Shown: positions 49,664-59,649 of the stretch, piece by piece
Numbering within the stretch: position 1 is the first letter of the stretch
How the letters are laid out: each line of letters begins with the position of its first letter
Origin: an uncultured bacterium
GTDB taxonomy: Bacteria; Latescibacterota; MWCZ01; CAZVGZ01
Assembly: GCA_964627605.1 (NCBI GenBank)
Contig: CAZVGZ010000002.1
Coordinates: 84,846-148,845 of the forward strand
Direction: 5' to 3'
DNA length: 64,000 nt
The notes under the pieces: generated by a model
Database searches by the model: none
What the model was told of the DNA's origin: nothing
The model's input: only the letters and a program-made list of their open reading frames with translations
Translations under genes and position numbers: made by a program

Positions 49664-52600
49664 ATGAACACGATCTCCGATTTTTTCGATGACCGCACCA
49701 TCCTAATCACCGGTGCCAGCGGTTTTCTGGGGCAGCCGATGCTGGAGAAGATCCTTAGGGAGATTCCCCAGGTCCGCCGCATCTACCTCCTGCTGCGCCC
49801 CAAACGTCAGACCGACGGCTCACTATGGGATGCCCAGGAGCGCGTGCGGCGCGAAGTGCTGAGTTCTTCGGTTTTCGAGCGGCTCCGAGGCGAATTTGGC
49901 GATGGTTTCGAGGAGTATTTCAACCAGAAAGTATACGGCGTTGGCGGTGATCTGACATCCGACCGGCTCGGGATTGATGACGAGGTCTATGCGACGCTCA
50001 CAGAAGAAGTTGACATCGTCATCAACAGCGCGGCAGTAGTGACATTTGATGAGCGCTTGGATTTCGCAGTCAATCTGAACATGATGGGCCCCCGGCGAAT
50101 CATGGCGTTCGCGAACGACTGCCGCGCACTGGCCTGTATTCACGTTTCGACAGCATACGTTCACGGGATGTGCAGCGGGCGGATGGAGGAGACTTTGGTA
50201 CCGCTCAAACGGCTCGTTGGAGAGAGAGCAAACGACGGCGAAACCCTCTCGCTACTCCTCGAAAAAGCCGATGAGTTGACCGCCAGAGCCGGTACCCGGC
50301 GCGAATATGCCGACGGCCCTGAGATGAAACGCGCATTCCTGAAGGAAGCCAAAAAGGAGTTGGCGTCTCGCGGCGACTCCGAAGATGGTTTGCCCGCCTT
50401 GATTGAGTTGTGCCGAACCAGGTGGATCAGGGAAAGTCTCATGGAAGAGGGGATAGACTCGGCGCGTGAGGCAGGCTGGAACGACACCTACACCTACACT
50501 AAAGCCCTCGGCGAGCATATGGTCGCCGCCACCCACGACCAGGTCCCTACGGCGATTGTTCGCCCGGCGATCATCGAAAGCAGTCTGGCTGAGCCGGTTC
50601 CCGGGTGGCTCGATGGCTTCCGCATGGCCGATCCGCTGATTGCGGCTATGGCTAAAGCGCAGCTCAAGGATTTCCCGGCGTCACCAGGCAGAAATCTGGA
50701 TCTTATCCCTGTGGACCTGGTCGTAAACACCATTCTGGCGGCGATACCCGCCACGGCTGAAAGCAATGATTTCAAAATCTATCAGGTGGCTTCGAGTTCG
50801 GAGAACCCGGCGACAATAAGCACTATCGTAGGGCAGGTCCAACGCCACTTTTTCGACTACCCGCTCCGTGACAAACGCGGCGAGCCCATCGTGGTGCCAG
50901 CATGGCAATATCCGACTGTAGAGCAGTTTGGTCGAAGGCAGTGGTTGCAGGTGAAAGTACCTCTGATGATCGCCAAGCTGGTTTTTTCTATAATCCCCAA
51001 AGCCCGCAAATGGCGGCGACGTATAGATGTTCTGCTGAAAGCGCTCCAACAGCTCGACTACTACCTGAAAATCTACGGCCCCTACACTAATCTCGATTGC
51101 CAGTTCGACACGACCAATACGAGATTGCTCTACGAATCGCTCGCCGCACCTGAACAGACCGCTTTCAGCTTCTGCCCAACCCGGATCGATTGGCCGGAGT
51201 ACATCTATGCCATCCATATCCCAGGCCTCAAATACTATGTCATGAAGATCGTCGATGAGAGCACCGAAAGGCTGCGCCACGCTGCTGTTCATGGGATGGA
51301 CTCCGATCCACGCGGACCATATCTACCAACGACAATCCCTGAGCTGCTCACGCGCAGCGCAGCGCGGTGGCCTGATAAAGTGGCGGTTCAGGCTAAAAGG
51401 GGTGGTCAATGGACCAGGTTGACATATGCCGATATTCACGAACGCTCGCGTCTGATCGCCGCCTCTTTCCGTAAGCGGGGTCTCTCTCAAGGAGACCGGG
51501 TTGTTCTCTACTCAGAAAACCAGCCGGAGTGGGCGGTCGCATATTTTGCAGCGTCAGCTCTGGGCCTGACAGTAGTACCGCTCGACCGTCAGGTCGAACC
51601 TGAGGACGCCTGTGACTTAGCGCGCCTTACTGACGCCAAGGCGATCCTCGCCTCGCACTGCTGCATGGGGTCAGTCGCAAGCGTTTCCACAGACACACCT
51701 GTCTGGAATATCAACAACTGGTGTTTGCCGCTGGATTCGCCAGACGCCAGCGAGGTCGAATTCACAACGCCCAGTGACGACGATCTACCCCACGTTCACC
51801 CTGAATCCCCAGCGTCAATAGTGTTCCTCATCGCGGTTGTGGAACCCAAAGCGGCGGTTTTGTCGCACCGCAATTTTTTGGCCGACCTGAAAGCGGTGAC
51901 CAAAAAGCTGACACCCAATCATGATGAACAGTTCTTGTCGGTCTTGCCGCTGAACCATGTGTTCGAGTTCACAACAGGGCTTTTGACGCCTGTTTCCGCA
52001 GGTGCGACGGTGACCTACGTCGATCGCCTCAACTCACGGGAAATCATGAGCTTAATGAGGGAGACCGGCACCACGGCGGTGCTGGGAGTTCCACGGCTGT
52101 TTAGGATGTTCCTTGACGGGATTCAAAAACAGGTGCAACGCCGTTCTGCTGTTGTCAGAGCGGTTTTCAAAACGGCGCTCTGGTACAATAGACGTCGGCA
52201 GAGCGCCAGATTCGGCGTCAAACTGTTTAAACATGTCCACGAAGCGTTCGGTGGCAAGCTTAGGATTTTCATCAGCGGCGGCGCGGCGTTGGACAGCTAT
52301 CTATATCAGGCTTTTTGGTCGATGGGCATCCCCCTCTGCGAGGGGTACGGACTGACTGAGACAGCGCCTGTGCTCACCGTCTGCACATGGTCTGAGCACA
52401 AGCCTGGATCGGCTGGAAAACCGCTGCCGGGAGTCGATCTGAGGATAGAACAGCCCAACGGCTCTGGAGTCGGAGAGATAATCGTTCGTGCGCCGAATGT
52501 GATGCTGTGCTACTACGATGATCCCGAAGCGACTGAGACGGCGTTCAAAGATGGCTGGTTCCATACAGGCGATCTTGGGCGGCTGGACGATGAGGGGTTC

Positions 52601-54010
52601 ATCCACATCACCGGGCGGATCAAAGAGGTCATGATCACCGGTGCGGGAAAGAACGTCTATCCGGTGGAAGTGGAGCATAAGTACGGCGGGTTTCCAGCGG
52701 TTGATAACTACTGCATCGTAGGCGTGCCACCACCAGGTAAACTCAGCGACGAGGTTCATGCGGTGATGGTGCCTGATCGCGCACTGGGGCGAGACGAAGG
52801 TGAGGTGCGGGCGCAGGTGGTGGAAGCTGCCAAAGAGCGGGGCCGTTCGCTTCCTAGCTACCAGCGGATCCAGAAGTTTCACTTCAGTGAGTCGCTGCCT
52901 CTTAAAGCCGACGGCAAAGTCGATCGCAAGGCGGTGCGGGCAAGTCTGGTCGCCGAAGCGTCATATACAGGCGACGCTGGCGAGTTTACTCCAGTCGAGT
53001 CGAGTCAAACTATCGCGACTTCATCGCCAGCTCCAGACAACGAAACCAGCGACGCGTTACCCACGGTGGTGGCGGCGTTGTCGGAGTTGACGCGGTGCGA
53101 CTCGGAGTCCGTGCGACTCGAACAGGATTTAGAGATCGACCTTGGCGTGGATTCGATGATGCGGCTGGAGCTTGTAGCCCACCTCGAAAGCGGGTCTGGG
53201 AGCAGTCTGCCGCCGGATGACGCCGTTGCGTGGCAGAGCGTGTCTGACGTAGTGGATTCGCTCAAACGCTCGACTCCTAAGACCGAGGCGGAACAGCAAC
53301 CCCAGGAGTCCAACGGTCGATCCGATGACCTTAAGTGGTATACGCACAAAGGGTTGCCCATTATCGTCCCGACACTGCGCCATGCTGCCCACACTACCGG
53401 TCGGCTCATATATTCGAAATGGTTCGGACTGGATGTAAGTGGGCTGGAGCTTTTGCCAGAAGATCAGTCGTTCATAATCGCTCCAAACCACAGCAGCCAC
53501 CTTGACACCGGAGCCATCACTTTTGCGGTTAGGGGGGCGTCGTCCTCGCTATATGTTTTGGGCGCAAAAGACTACTTTTTCAACTCGTGGCTCAAAGGGT
53601 GGTTCGTGAACCGGTTCCTAAGCGTGCTACCTATAGATCGGGGCGGAGATTTCCTTGAGGGTATCCAGCTCTGTAGGCGTGTTGCAGGCGATGGACATCC
53701 TCTTCTGGTTTTCCCTGAGGGGACACGCTCGCCAACCGGGCGCATTCGGGCGTTTCGAGTCGGGTTGGGTCTTCTGGCAGCGGAACTGGATGTGCCGGTC
53801 GTTCCTGCGTGGATTGACGGTACTTATGATGCGCTGCCAAAGGGTTGCTCTTGGCCGCGAAGATCATCAATCCACGTCAGTTTCGGAGCTCCTATATCCA
53901 TGAGCGGCTATGGGCTGGACCAACTGGACGAGACACAGAGGTTCGACGCCTACCGCAGGATCACGTCAGATACCCAGGCCGCTGTCGAAGCGTTGGCGCA
54001 CAGCTCTTAG
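49664..54010 (+). CDS. Multidomain ElbD-like enzyme: fatty acyl reductase + adenylation domain + acyl carrier + PlsC-type acyltransferase
   Basis: FAR: ITGASGFLG, VSTAYV, YTYTK, DLIPVD; A domain: GYGLTET, GWFHTGDLG, GKNVYP; ACP: DLGVDS; AT: NHSSHLD, FPEGTRS. Confidence 0.92.
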   Translation: MNTISDFFDDRTILITGASGFLGQPMLEKILREIPQVRRIYLLLRPKRQTDGSLWDAQERVRREVLSSSVFERLRGEFGDGFEEYFNQKVYGVGGDLTSDRLGIDDEVYATLTEEVDIVINSAAVVTFDERLDFAVNLNMMGPRRIMAFANDCRALACIHVSTAYVHGMCSGRMEETLVPLKRLVGERANDGETLSLLLEKADELTARAGTRREYADGPEMKRAFLKEAKKELASRGDSEDGLPALIELCRTRWIRESLMEEGIDSAREAGWNDTYTYTKALGEHMVAATHDQVPTAIVRPAIIESSLAEPVPGWLDGFRMADPLIAAMAKAQLKDFPASPGRNLDLIPVDLVVNTILAAIPATAESNDFKIYQVASSSENPATISTIVGQVQRHFFDYPLRDKRGEPIVVPAWQYPTVEQFGRRQWLQVKVPLMIAKLVFSIIPKARKWRRRIDVLLKALQQLDYYLKIYGPYTNLDCQFDTTNTRLLYESLAAPEQTAFSFCPTRIDWPEYIYAIHIPGLKYYVMKIVDESTERLRHAAVHGMDSDPRGPYLPTTIPELLTRSAARWPDKVAVQAKRGGQWTRLTYADIHERSRLIAASFRKRGLSQGDRVVLYSENQPEWAVAYFAASALGLTVVPLDRQVEPEDACDLARLTDAKAILASHCCMGSVASVSTDTPVWNINNWCLPLDSPDASEVEFTTPSDDDLPHVHPESPASIVFLIAVVEPKAAVLSHRNFLADLKAVTKKLTPNHDEQFLSVLPLNHVFEFTTGLLTPVSAGATVTYVDRLNSREIMSLMRETGTTAVLGVPRLFRMFLDGIQKQVQRRSAVVRAVFKTALWYNRRRQSARFGVKLFKHVHEAFGGKLRIFISGGAALDSYLYQAFWSMGIPLCEGYGLTETAPVLTVCTWSEHKPGSAGKPLPGVDLRIEQPNGSGVGEIIVRAPNVMLCYYDDPEATETAFKDGWFHTGDLGRLDDEGFIHITGRIKEVMITGAGKNVYPVEVEHKYGGFPAVDNYCIVGVPPPGKLSDEVHAVMVPDRALGRDEGEVRAQVVEAAKERGRSLPSYQRIQKFHFSESLPLKADGKVDRKAVRASLVAEASYTGDAGEFTPVESSQTIATSSPAPDNETSDALPTVVAALSELTRCDSESVRLEQDLEIDLGVDSMMRLELVAHLESGSGSSLPPDDAVAWQSVSDVVDSLKRSTPKTEAEQQPQESNGRSDDLKWYTHKGLPIIVPTLRHAAHTTGRLIYSKWFGLDVSGLELLPEDQSFIIAPNHSSHLDTGAITFAVRGASSSLYVLGAKDYFFNSWLKGWFVNRFLSVLPIDRGGDFLEGIQLCRRVAGDGHPLLVFPEGTRSPTGRIRAFRVGLGLLAAELDVPVVPAWIDGTYDALPKGCSWPRRSSIHVSFGAPISMSGYGLDQLDETQRFDAYRRITSDTQAAVEALAHSS

Positions 54011-54697
54011 ATGGCAACCGGGAGCTGCAGCGCTGCGTTTTTCGACATCGACGGCACGCTGACGCGGACCAACATCGTGATCTACTACGTGGCGCTAGCC
54101 CTAAAGGGCCGGCGCGCAATCTCCAAAACCGTCTGGTACGCTGGTTTCGCGTTTAAAGTCGTACTGTTCCTTATCCTGGACAAGATCTCCCGCAGATGGT
54201 TTAATGTTTTTTTCTATCGTGGCTATAGAGGCTGTACAACAACGGAGCTTGATAGTGTCGCCGGTGAAAATTTCAAAAAAATTACACACCCGCGTCTGTT
54301 TGCCAGCGGCGCGCAGCAGATCAAAGAACATCAGGACAGTGGGGAGATAGTGGTGTTTGTCACCGGCACACTGGACGTGATCGCCGCTCCTTTAGCAGAA
54401 CTGTTGGGCGTGGAGCATGTGATGTCGGTGTCACTGTCAGAACGCGATGGGGTATGCACTGGTGGGTTGACTGGACCGCCTCTGAGCGATGTGGAAAAAG
54501 CACGGAGAGTCAGAGAGTTCGCAGATGAGCACGATATTGATCTCTCGGCAAGTTTCGCCTATGGAGACAGTGCAGCGGATAGGGCAATGCTGGAGGCAGT
54601 GGGAAACCCGGTGGCTGTCAATCCTGACAGGAGTCTGGGGGCCCACGCCAAAGAACATGGATGGCAGGTGCGCCACTGGGCGGACTCGTCGCACTGA
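54011..54697 (+). CDS. HAD-superfamily subfamily IB hydrolase (PSP-like)
   Basis: FFDIDGTL, conserved K, AYGDSAAD, AVNPD; starts directly after the elbD-like stop codon. Confidence 0.92.
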   Translation: MATGSCSAAFFDIDGTLTRTNIVIYYVALALKGRRAISKTVWYAGFAFKVVLFLILDKISRRWFNVFFYRGYRGCTTTELDSVAGENFKKITHPRLFASGAQQIKEHQDSGEIVVFVTGTLDVIAAPLAELLGVEHVMSVSLSERDGVCTGGLTGPPLSDVEKARRVREFADEHDIDLSASFAYGDSAADRAMLEAVGNPVAVNPDRSLGAHAKEHGWQVRHWADSSH

Positions 54698-54828
54698 CAT
54701 TGGGGTGGGGCCTGTCTAAGGTGCAACATTGGTTGTGTAGTTCAACACGCTAAGCCTATAGTGATGTGCGGTGCCGTGGTATTTCGCGGTGAAACAGGAA
54801 TTCAGGGCATGATTCAGGGTGTATATAT

Positions 54829-56061
54829 ATGAAGGCGGTTCAGTACGTAAAGAGCGTCCCTCGCTACCTGATTTTACAGGCGACCAAACGGTGGTGGCCC
54901 AAGGTTGTCACTAGCGTTTTGGCACCGACTAAGCTGCGCGATGTGGAGCCACCTTCGCTCCCGACCCAGAAGTGGGTGAGGATTCGCACACGGATGAGCG
55001 GCATCTGCGGCTCCGATGTAGCCACAGTAGCCGCCAAAGGTAGTGCCTACTTCTCACCGCTGATCTCAACACCGTTTGTCTACGGTCACGAGAATGTCGG
55101 TGATGTGTTCGAGATGGGTACTGACGTTGACCAGTCGTGGTTGGGACGAAGGGTCGTTATTGAGCCGGCTCTGACGTGTGTGGTCAGGGGGATCGAGCCT
55201 GTCTGCGTTCAGTGCGCAAACGGGCAGTTCGCCAACTGCGAAAATGTCACCCAAGGCGACATCGCCCCTGGAATACAGACCGGCTACTGCTTTGATACTG
55301 GTGGCGGATGGAGCTCAGAGTTTGTAGCCCACGAGTGGCAGCTTCATCCTGTACCTGACGAAATGTCAGACGTTACTGCCGTCCTTATTGAGCCGTTTAG
55401 TTGCGCGCTGCATGGTGCTCTGAGGGCGGACGTTCAAATAGGGCAAAGAGTGTTGGTGCTTGGGTGTGGGACCATCGGGCTACTTACCATCGCCGCACTG
55501 AGGGCGTTGGGGGTGTCCAATGAGATCGCTGCGGTAGCGAAATATCCCCATCAGGAGAGACTGGCAACCGATTTTGGAGCCGACGTTGTTCTGAAGCCGG
55601 GAAAAACGCTCTACGATAAAGTACTAGAGCTCTATGGCGCTCAAAAACATCAGCCAGAGTTGGGGAGGCCCATTTTCGTCGGCGGCGCGGAGGTGGTCTT
55701 TGACTGCGTCGGCTCGTCCACTAGTATTGATGACGCGTTGCGTTTCACCCGCGCCCAGGGGACGACCGTGCTGGTGGGAATGCCAGCGATACCATCGGGG
55801 ATCGACTGGACCGCCATCTGGTACAAAGAGCTCAGGGTGGTCGGGGCCTACGCCTACGGCACTGAAAATATCAATGGTCACGAGCACAGGACATTCGAGA
55901 TCGCCACGCAGCTTCTGTCTGGCGATGCGGCCGATAAGATGTCAGGTCTGGTAGGCGGAAAGTATCGAATAGCGGACTTTCGCAAAGCGATCCACAGCGC
56001 ACTTTTCAGCGGAAAGTCTGGCGTGGCAAAAACCGTATTCACGTTTTTGGATGAGGAATAG
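54829..56061 (+). CDS. Zinc-binding (MDR) alcohol dehydrogenase
   Basis: GICGSD, GHE, structural-Zn cysteines, GCGTIG Rossmann motif. Confidence 0.92.
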   Translation: MKAVQYVKSVPRYLILQATKRWWPKVVTSVLAPTKLRDVEPPSLPTQKWVRIRTRMSGICGSDVATVAAKGSAYFSPLISTPFVYGHENVGDVFEMGTDVDQSWLGRRVVIEPALTCVVRGIEPVCVQCANGQFANCENVTQGDIAPGIQTGYCFDTGGGWSSEFVAHEWQLHPVPDEMSDVTAVLIEPFSCALHGALRADVQIGQRVLVLGCGTIGLLTIAALRALGVSNEIAAVAKYPHQERLATDFGADVVLKPGKTLYDKVLELYGAQKHQPELGRPIFVGGAEVVFDCVGSSTSIDDALRFTRAQGTTVLVGMPAIPSGIDWTAIWYKELRVVGAYAYGTENINGHEHRTFEIATQLLSGDAADKMSGLVGGKYRIADFRKAIHSALFSGKSGVAKTVFTFLDEE

Positions 56062-56069
56062 ACGGCAAC

Positions 56070-57686
56070 ATGGCGAATGACAACACGATCTATGTCGAAA
56101 AGAGCGACCGTCCGTTTTCCATGAATTACGGCGCTGGCTTCTGGACTGAAAAACTACCGGTGGGCACCAGGGTTCTTTACCCGAACCCACCGATGGAGGG
56201 GCTTCGCTACATAAGGGATGCTGTTCACGAAGCCGTTGAGAACCCCCACGGTTGCGATCCTCTTTCCGCTCAATTGACCCCTGGGATGAAAGTCACCATC
56301 TGCATCGACGATATCTCTTTGCCGCTGCCCCCGATGCGGACGCCTGACTTCAGGCAGCAGATGTTGGAGTATCTTCTTGAAAAACTGGGCGACGCAGGTG
56401 TTGACGATTTTCACATAGTTGTCGCCATCGGCCTTCACAGGCGAATGACCCCTGCCGAAATCAAGCGCTCTGTCGGCCCCAAAGTGTTCAAAGCCTGCTA
56501 TCCCGACAAGCTCTACAACCACGACTCGGAAGACTACGACAACCTCGTTCACTTGGGACACACGGAGCACGACGAGGATGTGGAGCTCAACAAGCGCGCC
56601 GTCGAGTCCGATCTGGTGATATACTGCAATATCAATCTGGTAAAGATGGACGGCGGTCACAAATCCCTCCAGACAGGGATCAGCTCGTACCGAAGCGTCA
56701 AACACCATCACAACTCCCACACACTCCTGCACTGCGACTCGCTGATGGACCCGCCCAAGTCGGCACTCTACGACAGCGTTGCGCGCATGGGTCGAATCGT
56801 AAATGAGCACATGAACGTCTTTCACATAGAGACCAGTCTTAACAGCGATACATTTCCACACGCGTTCCCGTTTCTCCAAAAACCAGAACGCTCGTGGAAC
56901 GCGTTTGACAGAGCACAGCATGCTATCAACAAAACCACGCTGTCGGCGCTTACGCTGTCGGTTGGGCGAAAGATATTTATGCGGATGCCTGCGCCATATC
57001 TGGTCACCGGTGTCAATGCTGGCAAGACCGAACCGGTTCACGAGCGCACGTTGGCCAAAATACAGGAACAGCAGTGGGTCAAGGTGGATGGGCAGGCCGA
57101 TGTGGTGATCGCCGGAGTGCCGTACATATCACCATATAACGTCAACTCCAGTGTTATGAACCCGCTTCTCGTCAACTGCCTGACCGCAGGATATATGTTT
57201 CATATGTACGAGGGCGTTCCGCTGGTTAGGCAGGGCGGCGTGATGATTCTTCCGTGCCCTCTGGAGTACAAATTCGACAAGCGTCACCATCCGTCCTACG
57301 TTGACCTTTTTGAAGAGGCGCTCCCTGATTGCCTGGATCCGGCGGATATGGAGGCCAAATACGAGGAGAAGTACGCCAGCGATCCTGGCTACCTGGACGC
57401 CTACCGCAACGACTTCGCCTACCACGGCGTTCATCCGCTCTACATGTGGTACTGGGCGGCGCTGGGCATGAAGCATATGGGGCAGATTATCTACGTCGGT
57501 GCCAAATCTGATGAGGCCGCAAAGCGAATGGGGTTTGAGGTGGCACCCAATGTCGCCGAAGCCGTGGAGATGGCCAAAAATATCGTCGGCAAGCCAAACC
57601 CTGACATCACCTGTTTTCATATGCCGCCTATTTTCGTCTGCGACATGACGGGCACAACCGGCGAATCGGTGCCTACCCATGGCTGA
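56070..57686 (+). CDS. Lactate racemase-like (LarA/DUF2088) domain protein
   Basis: IDDISLP, AIGLHR, NHD, DGGHKS, HHHN. Confidence 0.85.
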   Translation: MANDNTIYVEKSDRPFSMNYGAGFWTEKLPVGTRVLYPNPPMEGLRYIRDAVHEAVENPHGCDPLSAQLTPGMKVTICIDDISLPLPPMRTPDFRQQMLEYLLEKLGDAGVDDFHIVVAIGLHRRMTPAEIKRSVGPKVFKACYPDKLYNHDSEDYDNLVHLGHTEHDEDVELNKRAVESDLVIYCNINLVKMDGGHKSLQTGISSYRSVKHHHNSHTLLHCDSLMDPPKSALYDSVARMGRIVNEHMNVFHIETSLNSDTFPHAFPFLQKPERSWNAFDRAQHAINKTTLSALTLSVGRKIFMRMPAPYLVTGVNAGKTEPVHERTLAKIQEQQWVKVDGQADVVIAGVPYISPYNVNSSVMNPLLVNCLTAGYMFHMYEGVPLVRQGGVMILPCPLEYKFDKRHHPSYVDLFEEALPDCLDPADMEAKYEEKYASDPGYLDAYRNDFAYHGVHPLYMWYWAALGMKHMGQIIYVGAKSDEAAKRMGFEVAPNVAEAVEMAKNIVGKPNPDITCFHMPPIFVCDMTGTTGESVPTHG

Positions 57687-58569
57687 CAACCGTCTGCTGA
57701 TAGTCGCCAACCCTATATCGGGCTCCGGTCGCAGCAAAAAACTGTGCGAAGCTGTCTGCCTCGAACTCAAGCAACTCGGTGTTGACGTTGAGGTCCGTTG
57801 GACCGACCAGGTCGGTGCTGCGAAAAGGATTGCTCAAGAGGCGTCAACCGAGGATTGGTCGGTTATCGCGGCGTGCGGCGGTGATGGAACCGTTCACGAG
57901 ACGATCAACGGTCTGGTCTCAGACGCGGGAGACCAGCCAGCGTTTGCGGTGATTCCAGCGGGCAAAGGCAACGACCTCGCAAGGGCGTTAGGGATGCCAA
58001 ACGGGGCTGCTGAGATAGCGAAACTGTTGAAACTAGACAACCGCAGGTCGATTGATCTTGGCAGGATAGAAGGACAGCTTTTCGCCACGGTCGCCACGTT
58101 GGGATTTGATGCGGAAGTAGCTCGCACAGTGCATGAGGGGTCGATCCCGTTCAGCGGAGTGATTACCTACGTCTTGGCGGTTTTGAAGACTTTGGCGACA
58201 CACCGTTGTCAAAAGATGACGCTGACCGGGGATTTCGGCGTGCGGGATGCCAAAATGTTTTTGGCGGCGACGGCCAACACATCAAGCTACGGTGGTGGGA
58301 TGTTCATAGCGCCAGACGCACAGCCAGACGATGGGCTTTTCGACGTGTGCGTCATAGACGAGGTCTCCAAGTTCACAGTTCTGCGGATTTTCCCAAAAGT
58401 GTTCGCTGGCACTCACGCGACGCATCCCAAGGTCGAGATTCTTCGCACTTCGTCGCTCAAGATTGAGACAGACGAGCCGTTCCTGCTGTTCGCCGATGGT
58501 GAGCCTATTGTCGAAACGCCGACGACGATTGAGATGTTGCCTAAGGCGCTTGAGGTGGTCGTTCCATAG
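57679..58569 (+). CDS. Diacylglycerol/lipid kinase (DgkB/YegS family)
   Basis: NPISG, GGDGT, PAGKGNDLA, GFDA, YGGG, ADGE; overlaps the upstream gene by 8 nt. Confidence 0.92.
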   Translation: MADNRLLIVANPISGSGRSKKLCEAVCLELKQLGVDVEVRWTDQVGAAKRIAQEASTEDWSVIAACGGDGTVHETINGLVSDAGDQPAFAVIPAGKGNDLARALGMPNGAAEIAKLLKLDNRRSIDLGRIEGQLFATVATLGFDAEVARTVHEGSIPFSGVITYVLAVLKTLATHRCQKMTLTGDFGVRDAKMFLAATANTSSYGGGMFIAPDAQPDDGLFDVCVIDEVSKFTVLRIFPKVFAGTHATHPKVEILRTSSLKIETDEPFLLFADGEPIVETPTTIEMLPKALEVVVP

Positions 58570-58729
58570 ACGCCAAGCGTATAGACGCGCCTACGATAGA
58601 TTTGGCTGTGATGACCCTCCTACCTAAACACACCTTCTCCAAGTCCAAACATCAGATGGCATGGTCGATCAACTCGTTCATGATTGTAGTTTTGTGTTTT
58701 CTCAAAAAAACCCCTCGATCGGAGAGAAG

Positions 58730-59146
58730 ATGTCCGCACTCAAAGGTTTTCACCACATCGCGGTAATGACCACTAAATTCGATGAATCATTCGCTTTCTA
58801 CCGAGACCTGTTGGGTCTGCCGGTGATGCACGCGTGGCAGAGCGGGCCCCGCCGTCTGTGTCTGTTGGCTACCGATCCGTCAAACCCAACTGGTGGGCCG
58901 TATGTGGAGCTGATTGAGTGTGCATCCGACGCGCCGGAACCCGAATCGCATTCCGCACATCCTATAGCGCACCTGACGTTCAGGGTTGATGACGTTGATG
59001 ATGCAATAGAGCCAATCAGGGAAGCTGGGTGTCAGATCACCATCGAGCCGAAAGACGCCATGCTTGGCGACGCGTCTGCCCGACTGGCGTTTTTCACCGG
59101 CCCCAACGATGAGACTATCGAATTTTTTGCATCAGAGGCTGTGTAG
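58730..59146 (+). CDS. VOC/glyoxalase family protein
   Basis: HHIAV, FYRDLLGL, VELI, AHLTFRVDDVD, GPNDETIE. Confidence 0.9.
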   Translation: MSALKGFHHIAVMTTKFDESFAFYRDLLGLPVMHAWQSGPRRLCLLATDPSNPTGGPYVELIECASDAPEPESHSAHPIAHLTFRVDDVDDAIEPIREAGCQITIEPKDAMLGDASARLAFFTGPNDETIEFFASEAV

Positions 59147-59186
59147 CCTCGCGAGTTCGCCGCAGTTCTTTTTTTGGGAGAGACCT

Positions 59187-59495
59187 ATGCGACCCGATGT
59201 TACCCAGGTATTCCGACGTTTATCGTTTTTGATCGCTGTGGTTGTCCTGTGCCAGAATAGCTTCGGTTTTCAGACCGACGGCTTGACTTCTAAAAGGCGT
59301 TCCGCGCTCCGCACGACAGAGTCCATATCAATTGATGGACGTCTGAATGAGGGTGCCTGGTCAGATGCCCAGACTGCTGGCGGCTTTCTCCAGGTTGAAC
59401 CAAACGAGAACTAGCCAGCAAACGAGGCGATCGAAGTCAAAATCCTTTTTGACGACCGCAATGTCTATGTCGGCGTCGTCTGCCACGACAGCAAA
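59187..59495 (+). pseudogene. Truncated CBM9-like/DUF5916 secreted protein with in-frame TAG at 59412-59414
   Basis: Signal peptide; IDGRLNEGAW..GFLQVEPNEN*PANEAIEVKILFDDRNVYVGVVCHDS, after which similarity ends; end approximate. Confidence 0.7.
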
Positions 59496-59649
59496 GGACA
59501 GAACGGGTTTCGGGCCGTAAGCGCTCTTACCAGTCCGCGCCGCTTTGCCGCCTCGCTTGCGGGGTCGATTGCTGCCGCCGCTGTGGGATAATATCGCTCA
59601 AAACAGTCGCGCGGGCCTCGCCTGTCCGTTTCCCAAATCAGGAGTAGGA

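Noticed and set aside
2159-59414. Amber (TAG) recoding or pyrrolysine suggested by in-frame TAGs at 2159-2161 and 59412-59414
   Set aside because: Many intact genes (recG, glyQS, hflC, nuoF, the elbD-like gene) terminate normally at TAG, both affected genes are also truncated or chimeric, and no pyl genes are seen in the window
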